Source: Candidatus Hecatella orcuttiae
GTDB taxonomy: Archaea; Thermoproteota; Bathyarchaeia; Hecatellales; Hecatellaceae
Length of the DNA: 64,000 nucleotides
Direction: 5' to 3'
NCBI GenBank assembly: GCA_002011035.2
Contig: MTLY02000003.1
Location: forward strand, 64,001-128,000
Below, piece by piece: positions 18,092 to 28,082 of this stretch. Both the position numbers and the translations under genes were made by a program. Numbering within the stretch: position 1 is the stretch's first letter; the number at the start of each line of letters is the position of its first letter. A model generated the notes under the pieces. It did no database searches, was not told the DNA's origin, and was given only the letters and a program-made list of their open reading frames with translations.

Positions 18092-18847
18092 ATGCTCTTC
18101 GGTTTAGAATTAATTCAGATAGGCTTCCTAGCCAGTCTGATGGCGGGTGCTGCCACAGGGCTGGGAGCCATCCCCGTGCTTTTCATCGTCAAGATCTCCG
18201 ACAGGCTGATGGACGTTCTCCTAGGGTTTGCGGCCGGAATCATGCTCGCCGCCTCTTTCTTCAGCCTGCTCATCCCGGCCATATCCCTTGGCGGGGTGTG
18301 GATGGCGGTGTTAGGACTTGTCGTCGGCGTGTTGCTTCTGCACTTGGTTGACCGCTATGTTCCCCACGCACACTTCATTCTAGGTCCGGAAGGGCCTTCT
18401 TCGCATCTGGCTTGGGTTTCGCTGCTGGTAATAGCCATCACCATCCACAATTTTCCTGAAGGGTTGGCGGTGGGGGTGAGTTTCGGAAGCGGAGACATTC
18501 GAGCGGGAATGGTTTTGGCCACGGGGATAGGTCTCCAGAACATGCCGGAGGGGTTAGCTGTAGCGTTGCCTTTAGTCCTCATCGGTTACCGTCGGTTGAA
18601 AGCGCTTGGCTACGCGACGCTCACAGGGCTTGTGGAGCCTCCGGGCGCCCTTTTGGGTTTGCTGGTTGTCACCTTAGCCAGCCCTATTCTTCCCTTTTCT
18701 TTGGCCTTCGCAGCCGGGGCTATGATGTTCGTGGTAGCCGATGAGATGATCCCTGAAAGCCACCGTAAAGGTCATGAAAGACCAGCTACCTTCGGGCTTA
18801 TCTTGGGCTTCGTGATCATGATGCTACTGGACACGCTTTTCGGCTAG
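18092..18847 (+). CDS. ZIP-family (GufA) metal transporter
   Basis: HNFPEGLAVG, QNMPEGLAVA, EMIPESH. Confidence 0.93.
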   Translation: MLFGLELIQIGFLASLMAGAATGLGAIPVLFIVKISDRLMDVLLGFAAGIMLAASFFSLLIPAISLGGVWMAVLGLVVGVLLLHLVDRYVPHAHFILGPEGPSSHLAWVSLLVIAITIHNFPEGLAVGVSFGSGDIRAGMVLATGIGLQNMPEGLAVALPLVLIGYRRLKALGYATLTGLVEPPGALLGLLVVTLASPILPFSLAFAAGAMMFVVADEMIPESHRKGHERPATFGLILGFVIMMLLDTLFG

Positions 18848-18863
18848 GTGAGGGTGCGCCTGT

Positions 18864-19172
18864 CTACAGCTCAACCCATATGTCTGAATTTTTGACGGCG
18901 ACCTGAAAAGTTTTAAGAGGCTTTTCGGCTGGAGGCGCCAACACTTCTCCGGTGGTTATGTCGAACTTGGCGTAGTGGAAGCCGCAGGTTATCACTTTGC
19001 CTTCTACGTTGCCTAGGTAGAGAGAGTATCCCAGATGGGAGCATCGGTCCTCAACCGCGTAGAAGCTTCCCTGAAAATTGACCACAAGCACCCTCTTTTC
19101 CTCTAGGGTGAACACCTTGGACCTACCTTCAGGTATCTCACTCGTCTTGGCTACTTTGACAAATCTGCCCAT
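18864..19172 (-). CDS. Rieske-type [2Fe-2S] ferredoxin
   Basis: CSH...CGFH...FDITTGEVL.PP. Confidence 0.92.
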   Translation of the reverse strand: MGRFVKVAKTSEIPEGRSKVFTLEEKRVLVVNFQGSFYAVEDRCSHLGYSLYLGNVEGKVITCGFHYAKFDITTGEVLAPPAEKPLKTFQVAVKNSDIWVEL

Positions 19173-19289
19173 AATGGTGAACCTGAAAGAAAAAGCTGTT
19201 GGGAAAACAAAAAACGTTTTCTGAGACGATAGCCTTAATATCGTTTACAACTTATCTGAGTACATAAAATATATGAAAGGTTATAGTCT

Positions 19290-20546
19290 TTGGAAGCTGA
19301 ACTGGTCGCTTTGAGGGGGAAGCCTCCTAAGGTTAAGCCTACGTTCAAATACCGGGATGAATACCTTAAGGGCATAGAGAAGATTTTCTCCCTCTTCATC
19401 ACCGACGAAGCCTCCCGAGAGTTTCTCTCCTGCACCCTCATCTGCAGGGACTCTAAAACTCTCCTTTCCGGGGGGTACGGGACCGGGAAGACCACGTTCA
19501 TCGAAATGGCGGCTAAGATGTTCTACAGCAGCCAGCTGGGAATAGTTCGCTCTCATCAGGAGCTTACAACCTTCGACATCCTCTGGGCTTTGGACATTCA
19601 GAAATTCATCCAGTCTAAGATAGGGGCCATAACCCCGAGAAGCCTGATCACGGCGCCCTTTAAATTCATAAACGAGGTTCAAAGGCTGAACACTCAATGT
19701 CAAAACGCCCTCTTGGAGCTTCTTTCTGACAAGCACGTTGTCTTCTCAGATGTGCGGGCAGAATCCCCTGACTACGTTTGCTTCTTGGACATGAATCCTC
19801 ATGACATCGGCACAGTCGGCTTGGTCAGAGCCTTGATGGACAGGATAGACTTCTCCCTCAACATCACGCCTCTGGGAACCGGGGACACCACGGAACTCTT
19901 GGTCATAAAATACGGAGACCGCCATGTCGACGACCTTCGAACGCTGGCTGAGCCTGTGCTGACCTACGAGCAGATGACGGAGATATGGAGCGACGTGGAG
20001 AGAGTTTGGGTTTCAAGGGAAACCTTCCACCGAATCTCCCTGCTGGCCACCTTGCTGAGAAGATGCGTCAGGGTGGAAAGGTCTGTCATGTCCTCCCGGT
20101 ATAAACTGTCCCACGTGGGCTGCCCTTTCTACGGGGAAGTCTGCATGGACCTTATCATGCCCCTAGCCCACCGCTGGGTTGACTCTTCGGTGAAGCTTTC
20201 GAAGGCTAGGGCGTGGCTTCAAGCCCGGGATGAAATCTATTTCGACGACATTCTTTGGGCCATGACCTACACCTTGCCCCACCGCTTAGAGCTCACGCAA
20301 AGCGTCTTCGCCAAGTACCCTAATGAAGCAGCGTGGGTCAGCCAAAGGCTGAGGGAGAGTGTAACCTTGAAGGAGAGCCTCTGGGATGAGGCTTTGAAAT
20401 TTTTGGCGCCTGCGTTAAACGGCGATAAGGCAGCGTTAGCCAAGTTGTCGGAGATGGGGTCCAAAGACCTCGCCGTGGGAGGTCTCTTTGAATGGGTGGA
20501 AGAGCGGCTGTTGGAGAGGAAGGAGAAGGAAGCTAAAGCAAGGTGA
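19290..20546 (+). CDS. MoxR-like AAA+ ATPase
   Basis: GGYGTGKTT Walker A, FINEVQRL Walker B variant, QNALLELL, MNP, ALMDR. Confidence 0.8.
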   Translation: MEAELVALRGKPPKVKPTFKYRDEYLKGIEKIFSLFITDEASREFLSCTLICRDSKTLLSGGYGTGKTTFIEMAAKMFYSSQLGIVRSHQELTTFDILWALDIQKFIQSKIGAITPRSLITAPFKFINEVQRLNTQCQNALLELLSDKHVVFSDVRAESPDYVCFLDMNPHDIGTVGLVRALMDRIDFSLNITPLGTGDTTELLVIKYGDRHVDDLRTLAEPVLTYEQMTEIWSDVERVWVSRETFHRISLLATLLRRCVRVERSVMSSRYKLSHVGCPFYGEVCMDLIMPLAHRWVDSSVKLSKARAWLQARDEIYFDDILWAMTYTLPHRLELTQSVFAKYPNEAAWVSQRLRESVTLKESLWDEALKFLAPALNGDKAALAKLSEMGSKDLAVGGLFEWVEERLLERKEKEAKAR

Positions 20547-20591
20547 ACGCTCCTCCCGCTGCGAACTCCGCGCCCTGTCGGCTTTAGGGAG

Positions 20592-20611
20592 TTTGGCCAT
20601 ATATGGCTAAA
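20592..20611. promoter_or_regulatory. Near-perfect 20-bp palindrome upstream of the methyltransferase gene
   Basis: TTTGGCCATATATGGCTAAA, one mismatched pair. Confidence 0.4.
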
Positions 20612-20664
20612 TATGGCATAGTCTTTTTTTTGGCAGAAAGGTTTGGTGTTGATGCCAAGGTAGT

Positions 20665-21717
20665 GTGGCGGTGAAAGGGGTTGAAGGGATGAATCCTAGG
20701 GAGAGGGTGGAGGAGGCTTTGAGGCTGAGGCAGCCTGACCGGGTTCCAGTGCACCCTCACATCAGCCGGTGGGCGGCGAAGCTTACCGGGTCGACGGTTC
20801 AGGATTATTATCTGAAGCCGGAGGTCATGGTTCAAAGCCAGAAGACAGCTTGGAGGCTTCTAGGCCACGAGGTTGTCTACATCGGAAGCGACATCACCGT
20901 CGAGGCTCAGGCCTTAGGCTGTCAGAGCTCCTTCCCCCCTCAAGGTCCCCCCATGGTGGTGAAGCCTGTGCTGGAGGACGCTGCCCGCCTCCCAAGCCTC
21001 AAGCCTCCCAAGCCTCGAGAAAACCGGCGTATGAGCCTTGTGCTGGAAGCCTTGAGAAGGGCTGAGGAGGAATTTCGGAAGTCGGAGCTGATGATCTGCG
21101 GCGACGTGGTGGGTCCCCTCACCTTAGCCGGCTACCTCCGGGGAGCGGAAAACTTGGTCCGCGACGTAGCTCGAAGCAGCAGCCACCTGCCCGCTCTCTT
21201 GGAGCTTGCAACAGAGACCATTGTTTCCTACGCGGAGGAGCAGGTGGAAAGCGGAGCTCACATGGTTCTTATCAACGACCCCATGGCCTCCGGAAGCTTC
21301 GTCAGCCCTGAGCACTACCGGCTTTACGCGGCGCCCTATCAGAGGCGAATCGCGTCCTGCCTCCGGGAACTGGGCGCTTATACCATGCTTCACATCTGCG
21401 GGAACACCTCGGAGAGGCTGGGGTTGATGGCTGAAACCGGCATCCACGCCCTCAGCCTCGACGCCAAGGTTGACCTTCAATTCGCCAAGGAAACCGTGGG
21501 AAAAAAGGTTTGCATCGCCGGAAACCTAGACCCGGTTAGAGTGCTGATGGAAGGCAAGCCTGAGGACGTGAAACGGGAAGCCGCTGGAGCCATCGAAAAG
21601 GCCGGCGGGGGCGGAGGCTTCATCCTCATGCCCGGCTGCGGGGTGCCTGAGCCTGTTCCGGCGGAGAACTTGAAGGCCATGATGGACGCCGTTAGAGCTC
21701 ACGGTCTTTACCGTTAG
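20665..21717 (+). CDS. Uroporphyrinogen decarboxylase family, MtaA/CmuA-like methylcobamide methyltransferase
   Basis: PDRVPV, VEAQALG, GPLTLA, LHICG and PGCG Zn ligands, GNLDP. Confidence 0.8.
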   Translation: MAVKGVEGMNPRERVEEALRLRQPDRVPVHPHISRWAAKLTGSTVQDYYLKPEVMVQSQKTAWRLLGHEVVYIGSDITVEAQALGCQSSFPPQGPPMVVKPVLEDAARLPSLKPPKPRENRRMSLVLEALRRAEEEFRKSELMICGDVVGPLTLAGYLRGAENLVRDVARSSSHLPALLELATETIVSYAEEQVESGAHMVLINDPMASGSFVSPEHYRLYAAPYQRRIASCLRELGAYTMLHICGNTSERLGLMAETGIHALSLDAKVDLQFAKETVGKKVCIAGNLDPVRVLMEGKPEDVKREAAGAIEKAGGGGGFILMPGCGVPEPVPAENLKAMMDAVRAHGLYR

Positions 21718-21786
21718 GAAACTGTTTAAATTTTCCCCGGCGGCATGGGGTAGTGGGAAGGCGGCGAAATCAGGAGCGTCGGTGCG

Positions 21787-22869
21787 GTGGTGGAGCTGGG
21801 TCTCCAACCCATGGAGGGCGACCATCTGGAGACTTTCCAAGGCGTCATCTTCAGCGTCAAAGGGCCTCTGCATCCTCCCGGCTACGTCGTCGCCTTCCCC
21901 AAGTATTACCCCAGCCCGGAGGGTTCAAGGGTCAGAGGAGGAAGGCGGTACGCTAAACTTGTCTCCTTGAAGGATTTCTACTCTTACGTGGAGAGAAACT
22001 GCCCTCAATACCTCCGCTTCGACCCGGTGTTGGGCGGGGAGGTCATCCAAGTTCCCCGCTTCCACATCGCCCGCTACCACACGCCGACCCAAGCCTTAGC
22101 TCAGCTTGCGGAGAAGGATAAACTCGACCCCGTGGAGAAGGACATCCTACAAATGGCCTTGTTCTTCAAGGAGGCAGCCGGCATTCCCCTCAGTGACTTG
22201 GGTGTATCCGGCTCGGTGATGCTGGGCCTCCATTCTTCCACCTCCGACATAGACCTGGTAATCTACGGGGAGGAAAACTGCCGGAAAGCCTACCGAGTTC
22301 TCTCCCAGCTGAGGGGGAAGGAGGGCGCCCCCATCCAACCCTTCACCGACGGCGAGTTGGCGGGCCTCTACCAGTCAAGGGTTGCAGATACCCCGATGGA
22401 TTTTGAACTCTTCCTCCAAGTGGAGAAGAGAAAAGTTCTTCAGGGAAAGTTCTGCGGGCGAGGCTACTCTTTGAGGCTGCTGAAAAAACGCGGAGAACTG
22501 GGAGAAGAATATGGCGCCGTGAAATACCGCCCCTTGGGCAGCGTGGAGATTGAAGCCGTGGTGGCTGAGGATGGGGAGGCCGTCTTCACCCCCTGCCGTT
22601 ACCTTTTGGAGGAGGTTTCCTTCCTCCGGGGGGAAGCCCCTGGGCTGGTAGCGGAGATAGTCTCCCACAGGGGACGCTTCTGCGAGCAGGCTCGACGCTG
22701 GGAAAAGATCCGCGTCCTCGGGAAGCTGGAGAAGGTTGTCTCCTCCGAGCGTGAACGTTTCCGGCTGCTCGTGGGGAGCGCCCCCGGGGATTTCTTCTTC
22801 CCTCTCCCCCCGCTGGAAGGAGTCCGCAGCCGGGCTGAGCGAAGGCAGTCTGGCCAGTTGGAGAAATGA
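21787..22869 (+). CDS. Pol-beta-like nucleotidyltransferase (COG1665-like), copy 1
   Basis: KG..HP...VVAFPKY, GVSGSVMLG...SDIDLVIYG; C-terminal OB-like domain. Confidence 0.8.
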   Translation: MVELGLQPMEGDHLETFQGVIFSVKGPLHPPGYVVAFPKYYPSPEGSRVRGGRRYAKLVSLKDFYSYVERNCPQYLRFDPVLGGEVIQVPRFHIARYHTPTQALAQLAEKDKLDPVEKDILQMALFFKEAAGIPLSDLGVSGSVMLGLHSSTSDIDLVIYGEENCRKAYRVLSQLRGKEGAPIQPFTDGELAGLYQSRVADTPMDFELFLQVEKRKVLQGKFCGRGYSLRLLKKRGELGEEYGAVKYRPLGSVEIEAVVAEDGEAVFTPCRYLLEEVSFLRGEAPGLVAEIVSHRGRFCEQARRWEKIRVLGKLEKVVSSERERFRLLVGSAPGDFFFPLPPLEGVRSRAERRQSGQLEK

Positions 22870-23936
22870 AAATGAGGGCTATGAAGGTTTTCAGGGACCG
22901 GGACTACGTCAAGACGGGGGAGAGTTTTTTCTTCTGCGTGGTGGATGAGGTTCACCCTCCCGGCCGGGTTACAGCCTACCTCAAATACGCCCCTGAAAAG
23001 GGCGGTGGAGGCCGATACCGGAGGGCTCTGCCCTTCTACTCCGTGCCCCACGTGGAAGACACACTTCGGTTTTTGGAGAAAAACCACCCTCGTTACCTTT
23101 TCCTAGACCCCCTCAGCGGGTTAAGGTTCTCAGCTGTCCCTCTGGAGGATATAGCCTGCCACTACTGCCCTGAGGAAAGACTCCGCAGCCTCCTCGCCGA
23201 GGGAGCTCCAGACGACTTGGAGAGGAAAGCCCGAGACTTAGCGGTGCTCCTCAGCCGGCGGGGCGGGGTGGAAACCCAAGCCTTGGGCTTAACGGGCTCC
23301 ATCCTCATCGGCCTGCATAACCCCCGGTACTCGGACATAGACCTCATCGTCTACGGAAAAAACAGCAGCCTCAAAGTCAGAGACGCCCTCCTAACCCTCT
23401 ACGGAGAAGGAGACTCGGAGGTGCGGAGGTTTGAGGGAGAACGCCTGAAAGCTTGGTGCCTAGAGAAAACCCAGCTTCACCCCCTCACCCCTGAGGAGGC
23501 TGAGTTCCTCTACCAGCGGGCCTGGAATAGAGGCGTCTTCCGCGGCGTCATGTTCTCCGTTCACCCCGTGCGGTTGGACTTTGAGGTTGAGGATGCCTAC
23601 GGAAGAAAAAAGACAACCCCGGAGGGCATCGTCCAGATTGAGGCTAGAATTCAGGATGATGGGGAAGCCATTTTCCTTCCCTCCGTCTACAAAGTGCGGG
23701 AAGTGAAAGTGACGGAAGGACCTGCGGTCGAAGACCTCACAGAACTCGTCTCCTACGAGGGCCTCTACGGAGGCGTCTACCGGAAGGGGGAGCAGGTTGC
23801 CGCCCGAGGGCTGCTGGAGAAGGTGGAAGACCTCCGAAGCGGAAAAACCTACCGAAGAGTTCTAGTAGGCTCGAGGGCAGCCCGTGGAGCCGATTACATA
23901 AAACTTCTTCCCCAACCCAGAATGAGAGGCGAATGA
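22866..23936 (+). CDS. Pol-beta-like nucleotidyltransferase (COG1665-like), copy 2
   Basis: HPPGRVTAYLKY, GLTGSILIG...SDIDLIVYG; ATGA overlap with copy 1. Confidence 0.8.
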   Translation: MKMRAMKVFRDRDYVKTGESFFFCVVDEVHPPGRVTAYLKYAPEKGGGGRYRRALPFYSVPHVEDTLRFLEKNHPRYLFLDPLSGLRFSAVPLEDIACHYCPEERLRSLLAEGAPDDLERKARDLAVLLSRRGGVETQALGLTGSILIGLHNPRYSDIDLIVYGKNSSLKVRDALLTLYGEGDSEVRRFEGERLKAWCLEKTQLHPLTPEEAEFLYQRAWNRGVFRGVMFSVHPVRLDFEVEDAYGRKKTTPEGIVQIEARIQDDGEAIFLPSVYKVREVKVTEGPAVEDLTELVSYEGLYGGVYRKGEQVAARGLLEKVEDLRSGKTYRRVLVGSRAARGADYIKLLPQPRMRGE

Positions 23937-23971
23937 ACGTCTAAACTCCCACTGTTTTCCCCGCTTTCAAG

Positions 23972-24403
23972 CTAGGGTTTTCCCTCTAATTTCTGAGGCA
24001 GCAGCACATGTTGAAGGTTTTCAGTCTTCAAGGTCTTCAGCCTCTGAATCAGCTTCCTGAGAGGGTCTATGCCGCCTTTCACGGCTAGGGTCTCTAGGCA
24101 CCGATGCCTGTCGAGATGAATGTGGAGGGTGGTGGTTATGACCTCCGAGTAGGCGTGCTGAATCTCGGTTAGGCTCTGGAGAAGCCCCGGGGTTTCGTGG
24201 GCGTAGGTGAAGGTGATAGTCCCCACGAAGGTTCCCCCCCGGGTTCGGCTTAAAGCCTGGTAGTCGGCTATGAATTTTTGAAGCGCGTCCGCCACGGCCT
24301 TCGAGCGGTTGCGATAACCTATAGCCCTAGCTGTGTCCTCAAACTCCCTGTTAAGCTCCCTCGGCAGGGTTACACTTATCCTGGTAACTTTTGACCGGGT
24401 CAA
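23972..24403 (-). CDS. nikR: Nickel-responsive regulator NikR
   Basis: RISVTLP ribbon-helix-helix, NRSKAV, QH...HIHLDRHRCLE. Confidence 0.88.
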   Translation of the reverse strand: MTRSKVTRISVTLPRELNREFEDTARAIGYRNRSKAVADALQKFIADYQALSRTRGGTFVGTITFTYAHETPGLLQSLTEIQHAYSEVITTTLHIHLDRHRCLETLAVKGGIDPLRKLIQRLKTLKTENLQHVLLPQKLEGKP

Positions 24404-24558
24404 GGTTTCCCTCCTCCAACCCAGTATTTTGTAGTGTAACTCCTCAACTTAAAAGGCCATGCTCTCGCTGCGCCGGAGCACTACCGTTATATTTCAGCTT
24501 CACCGAATACCCTTTATACTGCCCAGCAATCGCGAACAGCCCCGGTTGGTGAAAAACG

Positions 24559-25347
24559 ATGGACGTTGAAAGCTTGAAGGAAGTAGAAGAAACCACCATC
24601 ACCAAAGCCATCGTGGAGAAGGCCATGGAAGACTGGCTCAGCCTCTCCGAGGTCGATGTAGCCGTGGTCGGCGCTGGGCCCTCCGGCCTGACTGCAGCCC
24701 GCTACCTGGCCAAGGCCGGGTTGAAGACCGTGGTCTTTGAGAGGAGGCTTTCCTTCGGCGGAGGGATGGGCGGAGGAGGCATGCTCTTCCACAAGCTGGT
24801 CATCCAGTCTCCCGCCGACGTTGTCTTGAGGGAGGTAAACTGCAGGCTGGAGCCCTTGGAGGAAGGCGTCTACGTGGTGGACACGGCGGAGATGATGGCC
24901 AAACTGGCAGCAGGGGCCTTGGACGCAGGGGCTAAGATACTTCTCGGCTTGGTGGTGGACGACGTCATCATCCGAGGGGAAACCCCCACCATCACGGGGG
25001 TTGTAGTCCAGTGGACGGCGGTGACCATGTCCGGGCTTCACGTGGACCCTTTGGGGGTGAAGGCCAAAGCCGTGGTGGACTGCACAGGGCATGACGCGGA
25101 GGTTTTGGTCATCGCTTCGAGGAAAAACCCTGAGCTGGGCTTCACCGTGCCCGGGGAAGCGTCCATGTGGGCCCCCAAGGCGGAGAGGCTGATGCTGGAG
25201 AAGACAGGGCAAGTCTGCCCCGGGCTTTATGTGGCTGGAATGGCCACGGGAGCCGTTCACCAGACACCCCGCATGGGGCCGATTTTCGGCGGCATGCTTC
25301 TCTCAGGCCGGAGAGTCGCTGAAGTCATCCTCAGAGACTTGGGTTGA
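24559..25347 (+). CDS. thi4: Sulfide-dependent thiazole synthase Thi4
   Basis: [23 protein letters not shown] (His form), [21 protein letters not shown]. Confidence 0.95.
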   Translation: MDVESLKEVEETTITKAIVEKAMEDWLSLSEVDVAVVGAGPSGLTAARYLAKAGLKTVVFERRLSFGGGMGGGGMLFHKLVIQSPADVVLREVNCRLEPLEEGVYVVDTAEMMAKLAAGALDAGAKILLGLVVDDVIIRGETPTITGVVVQWTAVTMSGLHVDPLGVKAKAVVDCTGHDAEVLVIASRKNPELGFTVPGEASMWAPKAERLMLEKTGQVCPGLYVAGMATGAVHQTPRMGPIFGGMLLSGRRVAEVILRDLG

Positions 25348-25359
25348 AGGGGCAAGGGG

Positions 25360-26106
25360 TTAAAGCTTCCGAACGGCTTCAACCAGCGCCCTCACCATGA
25401 GTTGAAGAGCCTTTTCGCCTTTTTCCCGGCTGGCTAGGGTAGGGTCGCCTATCACCCCCGTGGCAGTGTCCCCGCCGATGGATTTTCCAGAGCTGAAGAC
25501 CCGAGCTGCCGCCTGCAGGTTGGCAGTGGTGAGTCCTCGGGGAAGCCATTCCGGCGTCTCCTTGGCAGCCTTGTCCATTTTCACCCTCTCAGGGCAGACG
25601 GCCAGCATGAGGGAGGTTTCCAGCTCCTCAGCGTGGACGAATATTTCCTCCTCCAAGGGGATCTCCCTCGCCAAGACTTCGGTGGGGAGGACGGTGAAAG
25701 GGCAGAGATGGTGAACGTTCAAGCCTTCTTTTCTGAGGTTTTGCGCCAGCTCCTCCACCAATTCACATTGTCCCGCGTGGCCGTTGAGCAGCACCATTTT
25801 CTCCACACCGTTTCTGGCTAGGCTTCGGGCAATGTCCCCGAGGACCTGTTTCAGGGTTTCAGCCTTGAGGCTGATGGTTCCAGCCCTAGGGAAGTGCTCC
25901 TCAGAGCAGCCGTAGGGCAGAACAGGGAGGACCAGTCCCCCCACCTCCTCAGCTACCTTCACGGCCATTTCCCAGACGTTCATGTAGTCGGTTCCCACGG
26001 GAAGGTGGGGACCATGTTGCTCCGTGCTTCCCAGGGGCAAGATCACGCAGGTTTCCCGTGGGATGAGTTCCTGAAGCTCAGGGGATGTCTTCTCAGCCCA
26101 AAACAT
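25360..26106 (-). CDS. Creatininase/amidohydrolase family protein
   Basis: GSTEQHGPHLPVGTD, NGHAG, HAEELETS, GVIGDP. Confidence 0.9.
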   Translation of the reverse strand: MFWAEKTSPELQELIPRETCVILPLGSTEQHGPHLPVGTDYMNVWEMAVKVAEEVGGLVLPVLPYGCSEEHFPRAGTISLKAETLKQVLGDIARSLARNGVEKMVLLNGHAGQCELVEELAQNLRKEGLNVHHLCPFTVLPTEVLAREIPLEEEIFVHAEELETSLMLAVCPERVKMDKAAKETPEWLPRGLTTANLQAAARVFSSGKSIGGDTATGVIGDPTLASREKGEKALQLMVRALVEAVRKL

Positions 26107-26188
26107 CTTAAACCAGCCCTATGGAAAAAAGAAGGAAACTCTTTATTATATCTGCCAGAAAAACGCCGGCAGCCTTCGAAGGGCCGTT

Positions 26189-27382
26189 TCAGTTTTTCGC
26201 CATGAATTTTTCCAGCCTGTCTAAGGCCTCCTCCAAAGTTTCCAGGGGAGGCAGGAAGACCATTCTGAAATGGCTGAAACCGTAGACCGTGTCAAACCCT
26301 GACCCGTGCACCAAGAGGACGCCGGTTTCGTCTAGGAGGCTTAGGGCGAAATCCCTGTCGCTTCCCCACCGGCTGACGTCCTCGATCTTGGGGAAGACGT
26401 AGAAGGCGCCCTCAGGTTTGGCGCAGCTTAGCCCTTTCATTTCGTTGAAACGCCTCCAGACGTAATCACGCCTCGCCCGGAGTTTCTCAACCATCTCTGG
26501 AATGTGGTCCTGCGGCCCCCTCAAGGCGGCCACCGCGGCCTTTTGCATGGGAGTGTTGGCGCTAAGCCTTATTCTCGCCTCCTTCTCGATGTTCTGCTTA
26601 AGGTCCCCCAGTTTCCCTTCAGGGTCGTGGATGTAAACGTAGCCCAGCCTCCACCCGGTCATCAGGTAGGTTTTGGAGAAGCCGTTGAGGCCTATGACCG
26701 GGGTTTCCCCGGCGACGGCGGAAGTGCTGGTGAATTTTCTGCCGTAGACTATTCTGTCGTAGATTTCGTCGGAGAAGACGGGAAGACCGTGTTGGGCTGC
26801 CAAGTCTACGATGTCTTTTATGGTTTGCTCCTCGTAGAGGGCGCCGCAGGGGTTGTTGGGGTTCACCACTACGATGCCGCAGGTCTTCGCCGTGACCTTG
26901 GAGGCCATGTCCTCCACATCCGGCTGCCAGCCGGCTTCCTCCACCGTCCTGTAGGCGACGGGTTTCCCCCCGAAGAATTTGATGAAGGCTGGGTAGGGCG
27001 GGTAGGATGGGCCGGGGACGAGGACCTCGGCTCCGGGCTCGACCAAGGCGGCCATGACCATTTGGATGCCTTCGGAAACACCGTGGGTGACGATGACGTC
27101 CTCCGGGGAAAGGTCCACGCGGTTGTATTTTTTCTCCTTCTCGCAGACGGCTTCCCTCAGCTCCGGGAGGCCTTCGGAGGGAGCGTACCAGTTGAAGTCC
27201 CCCTTCACCGCTTCGATGAGCGCTCCCTTAATGTGCTGGGGGGTGGGGAAGTCGTATTTGACTGGGTCGCCTATGTTCAGGTAGATCACCTTTCTCCCCG
27301 CCTTCTCCAACCGCTTGGCGTGGACGACCACATCCCTGATGGCGTATTCTATGTTTCGCACTCTTTCCGTGAGCTTTACCAT
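26189..27382 (-). CDS. Class I/II aminotransferase (alanine aminotransferase type)
   Basis: YAIRDVV, LNIGDP, NPNNPCG, DEIY, SKTYLMTGWRLG; ATG at 27382 preferred. Confidence 0.92.
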   Translation of the reverse strand: MVKLTERVRNIEYAIRDVVVHAKRLEKAGRKVIYLNIGDPVKYDFPTPQHIKGALIEAVKGDFNWYAPSEGLPELREAVCEKEKKYNRVDLSPEDVIVTHGVSEGIQMVMAALVEPGAEVLVPGPSYPPYPAFIKFFGGKPVAYRTVEEAGWQPDVEDMASKVTAKTCGIVVVNPNNPCGALYEEQTIKDIVDLAAQHGLPVFSDEIYDRIVYGRKFTSTSAVAGETPVIGLNGFSKTYLMTGWRLGYVYIHDPEGKLGDLKQNIEKEARIRLSANTPMQKAAVAALRGPQDHIPEMVEKLRARRDYVWRRFNEMKGLSCAKPEGAFYVFPKIEDVSRWGSDRDFALSLLDETGVLLVHGSGFDTVYGFSHFRMVFLPPLETLEEALDRLEKFMAKN

Positions 27383-27472
27383 CCCAAGCCAGCTCCCGTT
27401 CGGAGTATTACAGGGCATTCTGCCGCTTAAAACTTTCATGTTCGAGTCCTCCTTGAGGCAGGGGGTTCTAGG

Positions 27473-28042
27473 CTAAGCCTCGGCGAGGCTTCGGCGACCT
27501 ACTGCGACAAACTCGTTCTTCACCGAGCAGACCTTCACCTTCAGCCCAGCTTTCCCTAAAGTTTCGACAAATTTTTCGGCACTAACCTTCTCTTTGAGGT
27601 GAGTGATGACGAAGACAGCTTTTTCCTTGGAAACTCTCACAAATTCTCGAAGAAATTTTTCCGAGTCTACGAGATTCTGAAGCAGAGTGAAGGCTGCGGA
27701 GAGGTTGAAGATTCTATCGACGAAAGGAAGTAGGCTGACGTCGCAGCGAACCAGGTGTATCTCCGCCGCGGAGGTTTTTCCTTTGTTTTTGGCCTTTTTC
27801 AGCATGTTTCGGGAAAGGTCGACGGCGAAGACTTCGCATTTTCGCTCTCCACCGGCTTGAAGGAACTCTGCAAAGAGCCCTGTGCCGCAGCCCGCGTCCA
27901 GAACCCTCCCTCCAGTGGCCAGTTCCGTAAGCCTAGAGGCTTGGAGGTATTTCTCCCTCTGCTCTTCCCCGTAGAGGCTGTCGTAGGAGTCGGCGATGGC
28001 GTCGTAGTGAGCCATGGTTTTTCTTTTTTCCAGCGTTTCCAA
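27473..28042 (-). CDS. Class I SAM-dependent methyltransferase
   Basis: YDSLYGEEQ, VLDAGCGTG, VDLS, LLPF. Confidence 0.85.
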   Translation of the reverse strand: METLEKRKTMAHYDAIADSYDSLYGEEQREKYLQASRLTELATGGRVLDAGCGTGLFAEFLQAGGERKCEVFAVDLSRNMLKKAKNKGKTSAAEIHLVRCDVSLLPFVDRIFNLSAAFTLLQNLVDSEKFLREFVRVSKEKAVFVITHLKEKVSAEKFVETLGKAGLKVKVCSVKNEFVAVGRRSLAEA

Positions 28043-28082
28043 GTCTGGGAAAATCGACGGAGGCCCCCTTCTGCTGGCTTTT

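Noticed and set aside
24404-24558. Possible TPP riboswitch upstream of thi4
   Set aside because: Conserved CUGAGA and CUGAU...AAU...GCGUAGG elements are absent
26504-27430. 308-aa plus-strand ORF and many other overlapping ORFs in the track
   Set aside because: Antisense or alternate-frame shadows of well-supported genes in GC-rich DNA, with no motifs
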